From: Phoronis australis
Taxonomy: Eukaryota; Animalia; Phoronida
DNA length: 64,000 nt
Direction: 5' to 3'
Assembly (NCBI GenBank): GCA_002633005.1
Contig: NMRA01000023.1
Location: 941,158 to 1,005,157 of the forward strand
Under the pieces are notes generated by a model. The model was not told the origin of the DNA. It did no database searches and saw only the letters and a program-made list of their open reading frames with translations. Below are positions 26,961-38,807 of the stretch, one piece after another. How positions within the stretch are numbered: position 1 is the stretch's first letter; every line of letters begins with the position of its first letter. The position numbers and the translations under genes were made by a program.

Positions 26961-29724
26961 ATCTCGCTACTCCATTTTGGTTGATATGAATTCTGATGTG
27001 ACTGATCATAGTTCACATTCATCAGTCTGATCATTGCTAGCAGCATTATTCTCAGGATCGTTTTTGGTCAGTGACAAGAATTCGTATAAATTACCAGGGC
27101 TGATGAAAAAACTTAGATCTTATATTACACCATTCGTTAATATTAATTCTTATCAACATGTTATGACATGTCATACATTGTACCATTCTTAGAAATAGTC
27201 GAAATTAATCTATTTTAAAGAATCATTTGTAATAAATTTTATCAACCATAATTGATTGTGTACACTTGTCCTGCACGCGCAGATATACATGTGTATAGAG
27301 GGACAAAGGGACATTCACCCCGAACTGCTCCACCGAGAGAGGGCACCGCCTGAAGTGGGACACCTTAAGATAAAAAGCTAATTTAAACATCATTAAGCTT
27401 GAAAAAAGTGACACTTCATTCCACCCTCGTGCGTCCCAAAACGAGGCACGGAGTGACCTCCTTCAACATGAAAAAAGCAGGAAAATATAGGTAATCGATT
27501 CCAGCATTGGGCCCTCTCTCCGTGAGCTGCCCTGTAAGAATTTGTCAATAAAAACACAAAAATGTGGCCACTTGAATGTCATCAATGGCCTCTTTCAAGG
27601 TCAGGGCTCCTAAATATGAAAATATATGTATTTTCAAATATCACAAAATGCGCAGCAATAATGTTATCTGTCAGGTCGTCAATTTTTCTCAAGTGATGTA
27701 CAGTTTCGAGAAAAAATATAAAGCGAAAAATGTCTCCGTTATCCCTTGCCAGAGAGGGGCCTCTCGAAAAATGTAGTTTTGTATTTTTGTATTCGCAAAA
27801 TTGACTTATTGAATTTAAACATTCAGTAAATTAGTACGCTCCGCAAAAACTTCGCTTTGCAATTTTTCTCGATTTTTCGAAATATATGTGTGCCTTTAGA
27901 CGAACTGTGATGGAAAAGCGACAGTATCCTGGCCACGGTTTGCAAAAGGTAAACCATACACTCGTGCAGATTTGTTAAATGTCCTCTTGATTTTTCTCTT
28001 TTATCCGTTTTTCGAAGTCTTTCTTTTCTCGACTGTCCCCGGCACCATGTCTATGTCAGTTGCCACGGTTTTAACCCAGACGCCTGAAAAAGTTTGGCCC
28101 CCCGCTTCATACGGCCCTGAGTATTGTTCATTGTCTTGGCAAGTAGGCTACCATATTTATAAGCAACAGTGCAAAAGTGCCAACCTTACACTGTNACTTA
28201 CTGATCCGAGAGCAGTTTCTGGAAGGATGCCATCCTGAGATGTCTGTATTCCTGAGGGAACGGAAACCAAAAACCTTCGACGAGTTGTCGGCCATTGCTC
28301 AACAGTATATGGACGCCCACTGTACTGGTTTGTTGAGCAAAGGGTTTGCAAAGAAAGACTTGGGACAGGTAGCCAGAAGACAGGCACCGCCAAGCAACAC
28401 AGAATAACGAAGGACAGAGACTCCTCGTTCGTCAATGACCAGAAACAAGGATGACATGGAGAGTTTCAATTGTCATCGCAATCTCGCTCCTCCATTTTGG
28501 TTGATATGAATTCTGACGTGACTGATCATAGTTCACATTCATCAGTCTGATCATTGCTTACAGCATTATTCTCAGGATCGTTTTTGGTCAGTGACAAGAA
28601 TTCGTATAAATTACCAGGGCTGATGAAAAAACTTCCATCTTATATTACACCATTCGTTAATATTAATTCTTATCAACATCTTATGACATGTCATACATTG
28701 TACCATTCTTAGAAATAGTCGAAATTAATCTATTTTAAAGAATCATTTGTAATAAATTTTATCAACCATAATTGATTGTGTACACTTGTCCTGCACGCGC
28801 AGATATACATGTGTATAGAGGGACAAAGGGACATTCACCCCGAACTGCTCCACCGAGAGAGGGCACCGCCTGAAGTGGGACACCCTAAGATAAAAAGCTA
28901 ATTTAAACATCATTAAGCTTGAAAAAAGTGACAGTTCATTCCACCCTCGTGCGTCCCAAAACGAGGCACGGAGTGACCTCCTTCAACATGAAAGCACGAT
29001 TTCAAGAAAAGCAGGAAAATATAGGTAATCGATTCCAGCATTGGGCCCTCTCTCCGTGAGCTGCCCTGTAAGAATTTGTCAATAAAAGCACAAAAATGTG
29101 GCCACTTGAATGTCATCAATGGCCTCCTTCAAGGTCAAGGCTCCTAAATATGAAAATATATGTATTTTCAAATATCAGAAAATGCGCAGCAATAATGTTA
29201 TCTGTCAGGTCGTCAATTTTTCTCAAGTAATGTACAGTTTCGAGAAAAAAATAAACGAAAGTTGTCTCCGTTATCCCTTGCCAGAGAGGGGGCCTCTCGA
29301 AAAATGTAGTTTTGTATTCGCAAAATTGACTTATTGTATTTAAACATCCAGTAAATTAGTACGCTCCGCAAAAAACTTCGCTTTGCAATTTTTCTCGATT
29401 TTTCGAAATATGTGTGCCTTTAGACGAACTGTGATGGAAAAGCGACAGTATCCTGGCCACGGTTTGCAAAAGGTAAACCATACACTCATGCAGATTTGTT
29501 AAATGTCCTCTTGATTTTTCTCTTTTATCCGTTTTTCGAAGTCTTTCTTTTCTCGACTGTCCCCGGCACCATGTCTATGTCAGTTGCCACGGTTTTAACC
29601 CAGACGCCTGAAAAATTTTGGCCCCCCGCTTCATACGGCCCTGAGTATTGTTCATTGTCTTGGCAAGTAGGCTACCATATTTATAAGCAATAGTTGAAGT
29701 GCAAAAGTGCCAACCTTACACTGT
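26676..29724. repeat. 1.5-kb near-identical duplication across N at 28195 (26676-28194 vs 28196-29724), likely haplotype overlap
   Basis: Second copy begins exactly after the N; only SNPs and small indels differ. Confidence 0.9.
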
Positions 29725-32018
29725 TTCAAAAGGAGGTTGCAAAGTAAATATACGTTTCCAGTGAAAAATGCATATAAAGAAGCAAAATGTAATACAATGA
29801 ATTTATAGAACGCTGGCAAGGCCTTGACCTTGTTTTTGGTTACAATATATGAATTACAGTTATAGCGTCTACTTGTTTTATTGTTGTGAGGACACTGTAA
29901 ATGTGTGATCTGTGCCGTACTTACTATATTGAATAAAAAGTTGAAAAAATATGTTAAAAATACAATTACAACTACCTAGTTTTCACCGACAGCAATGCTT
30001 TCACATACATGTAAAGGGTAAACGTGTATGCAAATTTAAGTTACGAAACTTTATCTATCCACGCATGTGTATAACATATTACTGTATAAGTAATAGGATT
30101 ACCAATCACGGTGAGTATATTTCATGTAGATAGATGTACACTGTACATATTCAGGGCAAGTAAAAGTTAAATTTATTTACATGAAGTTACAAAAACTTCC
30201 TGATAACTGATTATTTCTGACCATAGTGGTTTTCAACTACAGAATGTGAACTACTGTTGCGAAGCGCCGCAGCGTTATAGTTAGCGTTCTTTCCAAAAAT
30301 GATGAAAATGAATGCTAGAAATATTATGCCCCGAAATTTTGTACTATGTGTAGAGTATATATTTGTCATCAGATCACTCAATGTGTGTGGCTCTATTATA
30401 TACTTACGTACTCACTGTTGGTTATATTAAACTCATGGTACACCGTAAACGGTACATGTATGTCGTTAACTTTGTTAATTTAAATTTGAGGACCTTCTAT
30501 GTTCATTTATGTAGTTCCCTGACCATACAATTTTGGAAACATTTAAAAATGTAAACATTTCTAACGCAGACATTTTGTGTCCACAAGCATACGTACAATG
30601 CTGACACTGGGTGCATCAACCAAACTATCTAAAATGCTCTCAAGAATTGATTTTTTCAAACCCAGCGTTAACCGTTTTCGTGACGGAAGACAAAAGTACA
30701 AATTTTATTGTTCATTGCACCTTTGTGGATACACGGAAAAGCTATCGCCACGGTCGCATAGCACAGCATGTGCCGGGGATTTCCTACAAAGCGCTCTCAT
30801 GCACGACGTTTTTTTAGGATTAGGACCTTTTTGGAAACGTATAGGATTCTCACAGGCGTGTATAATATTCTGCGATTTTAGGAACACGATGGCAGTGAAT
30901 ATTTTGCTTGGTGATTGGAAAATTCAGAACACTGGCAAGGCGAAGGCCATACATGTAGATGCACCTGATGGCGATTTATTTTTGGCGACATGGTTGCATG
31001 GCGTCGTTTAACAAATTAGGTGCCATTTATCAACCTAAAATGGCGAAATCAATCTATATAAACATCACAACCAATGTTAGGTTTATCTTTCATTTTTCAT
31101 CACGAAGGGGGTTTTGGAGATTTAAACACACACACACGCGCACACACCCACGCGCGCACACTATTCAGCATATCCGCGTAGAGACAGAACTTCGAAATGC
31201 ACAGAAAAGGTTTTCAAATTTATCAAAACGGCGTTGTATTGACCGGGACAGTCACGTTAATTTGTTTTGTTTCCGCCACTAATCAAAAACTTAATGTGAA
31301 GAAAACATTTACGTCTTGTCTGAATGCATTGTCCATTAACTAATGTTCAGTTACCTCTCGCCTACCTTCGAATTTGTAATGATACACAACCGATGTGAAC
31401 TCAGTGACAGTGACATCAAAGCAAGGGTAACTTATTTCACTCTGTGGGGAGACAATACTTCATAGGCACTTAAATGTGGCCAATTTACGCAGCGAAACCG
31501 TAACCTAAAGATATCGGCCGGTCCATAAAATTGGGTCGGCTGATGATTGGTCGACTATCATTGTCGGCAGTAAGATTCGGTTGTTACATGTAGGTCGGCA
31601 TATGCGTCGGCAGTGCAGTCGGCTACCGGTGGGCTAAATATTAGTCGACCGGTCGGCAAAATGATGACTGGTCTACGATCGTTCGCGACTCTTTGCCAAA
31701 AAGAAGAACAAAAAGTCGTGATGTGTGCAGTAAACAACAAAGCGACATACTTGGAAAAAATTATTTTCGCCAAGCCTGACGCATACCGATTTCAGCGGAG
31801 ATCAACAAGTTCCGCAACCGTCTCTTCGCATTNGGGAGACAATACTTCATAGGCACTTAAATGTGGCCAATTTACGCAGCGAAACCGTAACCTAAAGATA
31901 TCGGCCGGTCCATAAAATTGGGTCGGCTGATGGTTGGTCGACTATCATTGTGGGCAGTAAGATTCGGTTGTTACATGTAGGTCGGCATATGCGTCGGCAG
32001 TGCAGTCGGCTACCGGTG

Positions 32019-35000
32019 TAGTCCAAGCCCTTAACCCGAAAACATTTACACGTCGGATTAAAGCACAAAATTTGGCACACTAGTACTTTTTGACATGCTG
32101 AATCTCATGGGGGTCGGTTGCCCAAATTTTGAGGCCAAGGTCAAGGTCAAATCTCAAAAAACAAACTGGCCGCCCAGTAATACAATCTATGGTTGCTTGA
32201 GGGATGATCACACATTTTAAGGTTAGGTAACAGTACTTTATTAACTAGAAATCTATCATAATGACATCGCAATATCTTTTTCTCATAATATTAAGACTCC
32301 TCATTTGCATAATTCCAATATGGCCGCCAAAATTTAACCAACTAACTGCAATTTTAACAAAATCATCTATTTTGATCTAATGCAAGACTAATAATACAAC
32401 AACAAATAGGATTTCTTACCAAAATTTATTAGATTTATCATTAATTTGTACAATTTTTATGAAAATTCAGTTGATGTTATGATAAAGAGACCAATTTATA
32501 TGCATAGAACTTGACAGAGTACCAAAAACTCAGAGACCAGCTTTCAAAAATGTCGTTAGTATGCTTCTTCTTGCTCCTGTCTACATATAATCCGATTGTC
32601 ATCTGCTTGTAATATCAATACAATAAAACTGATTAATCTCAAATTGCCATTGCAGACCACAGAATTCAATTAACATTATCATCTGTTCCTTTGGTCCATA
32701 ACAAACCATGATGTTACTGACATGTTCCCCGGTATTTGCTAAGTGTTGTGCATGCTAAAGAATTGCTTTTAATTCATATCTCTTGCCCCATGGTGGTATG
32801 CTCTTGCAACCATGAGCTGCTGGCCGGCTTTGGAGATTTCAGGCATGTCTATCCAGTAAGGTGTCCATTGTTGGCCCTTGTCACTCTGCCATGCAAACCT
32901 CTATGGTTTCCCGTGGATGGGCATCCGACTGCCAGCTTGATACAAGCATTTGTTAACTTGCTTTATCAGAGGAGATTGGGTAGGCGATAAATTTGGCATG
33001 ATCTGAACTTTATGTTGGAAAAGCTCCTTTCATAAAGTATTGACTTTGCTGGTTTTGACTTTTCGATCATAAACGAAACATGTAAATGTCTCAATTGTTT
33101 TGAATTCCTGACTGTCGACGGTGATTTGCTAAAAGAAATTGATTGCCAACACGAGAATGCCTGAGTAGTATCACGGTAAGCTTTTCATGTCTCCCATGCT
33201 GTTTTCTTCTCTTTTCCATAGAACTGGGACGTTGTGTCTAACCCTGTTAAGGCATGGAACATGGGTAGAGCTACACACAAATCGTACCTAAGCTAGTCAA
33301 ACAAACTCTTGACGAAGAGTTCCCGCACGTTCTTTCCAGCTTTAACCTCTACCCGTAATTGAATTGCTGGCAGCAAAGCCTTAAGCTGATCAACAACACC
33401 AAGAAGAACGACCACAACATCAGTATCAATTGCAGAAACCAGTAGTCTCTGATTACCTTTGATCAGAGCGTCCCCAATGTACAAGCACATACTGTACAGG
33501 TGTCCGACTCTCGGCGGTATGTCAGAACAAGAGCAAAGAACAGAGTGACCGTGGGTAACACATATATTTTGTCCTGGAGGATAGGCCGTTGACTGGTATA
33601 GCACTCACGTCTTGGATGTGGAGAGAGACCCATGTTGCATAATTTTGAAGGTCAAGAGCAAAGAAATAGGACACAAGAGATTCAAAGACATCAATGCACA
33701 GCGACAAGTTGCATTCACCATGAGCAAGAACGAGAATCAAGATCAGTAACTGGACATGTAAGATAACATTCCAAAACTCAAATTTTGGAATTCTCATTGA
33801 GCTATCACTTTTCCTGCTCGAGACTCGACAGCACCTTCATTTTTCACAATAAGAAATGGTTCTTCCTGTAGCTTTGCCAGAGACAGAGCTGTCGCTTGGT
33901 GCGTCTGTCTTGTTCGAGTCAAGTGTGAGGCTTGAAGAAAGGAATCAGCTCTACCAGGTGTAGCCACTGAGGCCTCCTGAAGCAAGCGGTACGAATACGT
34001 CATAGTGACGTGACGAGAGCTGACGTATGGTTCCAGCTCAGGTAACCAGCCGTCTTCGAAACATTTCTATTAATAGTACTTATGGCCTGTTATTCAGAAA
34101 ATCTACAGTCACAATTGCTTTCAGGATGGTGGGTAACGTTTTAGAACAATAAATTGCAATTACAAGTGGTTAATCTAGAGTAAGGGATTGCTCAAACAAC
34201 TTGACCTTGGCCATAAGGTATTGCGGAATTAAAGCGCAATTTTGTAGGTATTATTTATTGGAATGGGTTTCTTAGAAAAATTGGTCTCTTAACTAGGCCT
34301 TATTAAACAACTTACATTGTAGGCTATATATGCGAATAGCTACTGTAGTGATTTAAACACAAAATCCCAGCTCCTGTCTTCAGATGTGCTGAAGCCAACC
34401 AAAAGTATTATCTCCAATCAGTTAAAACAATTTAAGATATATATTTATATACATAGTTAATCAAAAAAGTACATACCTAAATTAGAATATCTCATTCAAA
34501 ATAATATTAAACGAACAATGAACTCGAGGTCAACATTATGCAAGTCTCAGAGCTGATGTCACCTGTTTGGGTACTGTTGTCCGAATGAGCAGAGGTCAGC
34601 TTCAGCTGTTAGACAATATGTTACCACAAACAATTAGATGAACGCAATTAATAATAAACATTTGTTTATACAACATGTTCCTCAAGACAATTAGTTATGC
34701 CTGGATCTGTTTTAAAATATTGTGCAACAAGGAATTCACCTCATTGGGATACAGGTAAAACCTGGTGATTTTGTTGTTATTTCATCCTTCTGGTGAACCT
34801 TAAATTACATAAATTACCTTAATTGGTTTAACTTATGTCACCATCAAGTTCAAACTAAAATATAAACACATTAATTAACAAATTAACCTTTAGCTATGAT
34901 CAAATTAAAAATGATGATAAAAGTTTCAGCAATTGTTCTTTGAAAACTTAGAAAAATGTCCGATTTCCTTTAATTACAGAAACGATTTGTTACATAATTA

Positions 35001-35487
35001 ATTATAAATATTTTGACACGACATTTAAAAATAAAGTTCTGTAAAAGGTTAAGCATTCTGGAGTTGACTTAATGCATATTCATACTAGTTTGACAGTTAT
35101 TCTCAGCTAGAGAAAACAAATAGACTTAATTTCCATTGAAAATATATATGCTCTATTAATTATGATAATTGCCATCTTAAGAGTCAGGAAAATTACTTTT
35201 AAGCTTTTAACTTGTTTTTTAGAAGTTATCAACATTAATTTGAAATCAAAATAAAGTATCCTGCTTATCACTTGAAACAGCAATGAAGCAGATACTTTGT
35301 GTCAAGTCATTTCAAAAAAATACCTACGTGATATTTGACCTTGATTTGACCTTGACCTTGACCCCAAATTTCGGGCAACCGACCCTCATGAGATTCAGCG
35401 CGTCCCAAAGTATCTGTGTACCAACTTTGGTGCTTTAATCCGGGGCGTAAATGTTTTGGGGTTTTTGGCTGCTAAGGGACCGGACTA
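32019..35487 (-). mobile_element. AcademX DNA transposon, internally deleted (3469 bp)
   Basis: TAG...CTA termini, ~135-bp imperfect TIRs (tagtcc...ggacta), 3-bp TSD GTG confirmed by the empty allele ctaccgGTGggctaaat. Confidence 0.9.
32720..34060 (-). pseudogene. AcademX transposase / XPG-like nuclease remnants
   Basis: ADSFLQASHLTRTRQTHQAT, FFALDLQNYATWVSLHIQD, SAIDTDVVV, ALPMFHALTG.DTTSQFYGKEKKTAW, PYWIDMPEISKA plus a decayed Cys-rich tail. Confidence 0.85.
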
Positions 35488-36354
35488 GTGGGCTAAATAT
35501 TAGTCGACCGGTCGGCAAAATGATGACTGGTCTACGATCGTTCGCGACTCTTTGCCAAAAAGAAGAACAAAAAGTCGTGATGTGTGCAGTAAACAACAAA
35601 GCGACATACTTGGAAAAAATTATTTTCGCCAAGCCTGACGCATACCGATTTCAGCGGAGATCAACAAGTTCCGCAACCGTCTCTTCGCATTCATACACGC
35701 ATCTTTGTAGTGGAGACTGTTTTTTACATTTTTTTTTTCTTGTAATAAACCTTTGAAATCCAAGTAAAGTGTCCAATGCACCACTAACTACTAGGTGGAG
35801 CTGCAGTTATCGGTTGGAAGGCCAGACGCCAATAAAGAAAGCCAAACAACTGTCGTCAAATCGGCACCATTTCGCTGGTATGCGTATGTTTACAGTCTAT
35901 AGTACACAGTCAAAGTTTTAAACAATAAAAACTATAACCATAATGAAATGATGTGAAAGGGCCAACTGATTTTACTTATGCTTGAACGGTTATATCTATA
36001 AGGTTTGCCATTATAAGTTCCGTTTTATATACCAGAAAATAATCCAACCAAGTTTAATTCTAAACATGATTTGAATTCCTGAATGAGTGAAATTATTGAT
36101 GAATGTGAAAGCAGTTAAGGGCATTTTATGTAGTTTTCCTGATTTTCAAACCACTGCTGTGAACAGTTTTAATTCATTTCCTCTCCTGGCAGGCCTTGAC
36201 TGGGCCATCCTTAGGAATCCCGTCAGTTGGTTATTGTTGTATGAACACTATGAATGCTGTTGAAATCAATAATCGCTTGATTTTGCTAATATCTGTAAAA
36301 TTAATTGCAGGCGGTCTGGTACAAGGTTGTACCAAACGTGCGCTGGTTGCTCGG

Positions 36355-37009
36355 TGTCACGTTTTTCCCCGTGTGTGGTTGGGCGCAGGCTGTTACAGAC
36401 CGGTGCCAATAGCTTTCGGTGCAACGATACACTGAAGACTGGTTCGAGTTAATCCTTTTATTAAATCGACCGTACGTTCACAAACCTACTCAAACAAAAC
36501 GTCCGACGTAATGTCTGTTATACGCTCCAGCCAGTGCTGCGAAGCCTTGACTTGTGATGAACTTCTGAGACACGTTCAGTAATTGTAACATTCGCTGATT
36601 CAAATAACCTAGCTGCTGTCTTTATATCTGGCTCTCTATTGACTCTCGCTTAAGTGCTGATTCTCTTCATTGCAACTCTTTAACTGCTTAACTGCTTTAC
36701 TGCTTTTTCTTTTTTTAATGCAAAACCGTGCTTGTGTATTTATAGACTAATGCAATGTTCTAGAACTTTTCACCTGTTCGAAAACTTTCCGGAATCTACC
36801 CAATCATTCTACAAACATATAATAGTCTCTAGAATATTCCGGACTACGTTAATCACTGTCATGTTAGAGTCTTCTGGAAAGTTCCACACTGTGCTGTAGT
36901 AAACAAATTCCATCAACATTGCAATACTTAACTCAGGAGTCATACCAATCAAACAGGACAACAAAACAAAACAATATTACTAAAAACAGTGTCAGTCTAT
37001 ATTCTGACA
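36355..37009 (-). mobile_element. Solo LTR (655 bp)
   Basis: TGTCA...TGACA termini; perfect 5-bp TSD CTCGG (36350-54, 37010-14); TATAAATA and AATAAA on the minus strand. Confidence 0.85.
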
Positions 37010-38765
37010 CTCGGGTATTACCCACTCCTCAGTTTACCTGAACCAATGTTTATGCTTTACTAATACACACATGTAGATAAAATTGAGCTGAGGAGTTTCT
37101 TGTTTCAGGGGTCTAGCAGAGAGCCCCAGTGGGACGCCAACCCACGACCTTGAGTAAAGGAAACGGATACGTATCCCGCTAGAATACTTTGATTTTGCCG
37201 TAAGTAACATTACCTACGTCCGAGAAGTGTCGGGACTTTCATCCGGAGCGGATCGACGCTATTGTCCTACGCTTCACCTGCGAGCAATTGATGTCGTGTT
37301 AATTGTCATGTCGTCTGCATGTTATGTGGATGCTTATGAACAGTAATGCTCTGCAATGAGCGATTGTGGTATTTTTTAACGAAAACTGTTGGTTAATGCA
37401 TTTTGAAAATTGGCCAGTATGTATGGGCAGAGATGTTTACTACAGTTTATGGTCGGGTAATTACACTTGGGTCTTGCGCGCACCGGGCAATGCTGTCATC
37501 GCAACTGGATCCAACTCTGGTGCCGCGCTCTCTTTGATCCCGGTAAAAGCCGCTCAGAAGGACGAGCGGTGAAAAGTCAAGCATATCTTTAGAAATAAAC
37601 AGACTAAAAAGTCTTGACAGACTCCGCATTTTCTTTGAAAACCTTATCGGTCTGCGTAGTGTCCAGTATCCATGGATAACACATCTTTTCAAAAGCTATT
37701 GCAAAATAGAACAAGGAACTAAAATCAAATACTGAGCTTACATTCAACTGAGCGATGTTCCGTTCCCATCGCGAGGAGTAGATAATGCCGTGGTGGCGGT
37801 CGGCTGTTGACGTAGTACGCGCCACCACAGCATTAGCCAATGAAAGTCCTAGCAATGAGGACGCAACATAGTTCAGCTGAAATGTAAGTCCAGTATTAGG
37901 TTTTAGTTCTTTTCTATATTTATCGACTGGATGTCTAAATTTCACCAATTGATTCTACTGCAAAATATTTCTCTAAGTAGGAGGGGGACAAACCACTCCC
38001 GTCCTTTGTGCAGCACATTGGATTACAGCTTCGCGCGACATCAAACACCCAAAGAATTGAAAAGAATCCCTGTGTAAACTGGTGTTTCAATCTGTAAGAA
38101 AGTTTATTTCAATTCAAAAGACAACACCAAACACATGAGCTGATCAGTCATTACTGGGTGGCCTATAGGGTAAGCACTTATACCCTTTTATCAATTCTAA
38201 AACGTGTTACATCTAAGTTATCCATAGTGAGAGATCTTCAGTACATCTTTTTTGTTTTCTTCAGCGAATTTGAGTGTTCAAACTCAAATTTTTCACCTTC
38301 TTTTCTCCGTTACTATTTGGTCATATTTCCTCTGTACATATCTTTAGGTCAATCATTATCTACATGTATGTGTTTTGTATTCACTTGCAACAGAACTAAC
38401 TGGTTTCCCAAGATTGAATTTATATGCTGTGCTTTTCAACTAAGTTGCAATTTATGTACCAGTAAGCGAGTCTATGATATAATTTTTTTAAATGGCTCCC
38501 CTAATTGTCCAGACTACCTTATTCATTTAACAATCCTTGAATTTTCAATAAGCATTGGTGTATTAATTGTTAAATACGGCTATCCTTTGAGTGCCTCGAG
38601 TAGTGTGAGTTTCTCTGGTCTGACAATGTTTCCCCCGCATGGTCACAGTTCAATTCTTCTCACGGGCATCGAATGAGATATCACGCTATGCTGGTTCAGC
38701 TTACTGATGTGTCTTACTATTGTTTACATAACACCTGTATGGATTACGGAATCGTCATTGGCATG

Positions 38766-38807
38766 TGCCTCCTTTTAGCTGGCGATGTTGAAGAAAATCC
38801 TGGACCG
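38766..38807 (+). other. 2A-like ribosomal skipping peptide CLLLAGDVEENPGP at the N-terminus of LINE ORF2
   Basis: Exact D(V/I)ExNPGP consensus with upstream LLLAG, directly before APE motif I. Confidence 0.85.

Larger units (their letters stand above)
31447..35691. repeat. Duplication across N at 31833 (31447-31832 vs 31834-32018 plus 35491-35691), empty and filled alleles
   Basis: Flanks are nearly identical; second copy is interrupted by the Academ element. Confidence 0.9.

Noticed and set aside
26676-29724. Biological tandem duplication of gag and downstream sequence
   Set aside because: The junction is exactly an N; uncollapsed haplotype overlap is the simpler explanation
30577-31282. 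ORFs of 144 and 107 aa
   Set aside because: No domain motifs or splice support; they overlap low-complexity CA repeats
37604-37957. 114-aa minus-strand ORF with nearby AG/GT sites as a host exon
   Set aside because: No recognisable motif, phase-1 reading hits stops, and part of it matches a short repeat also seen near 15912
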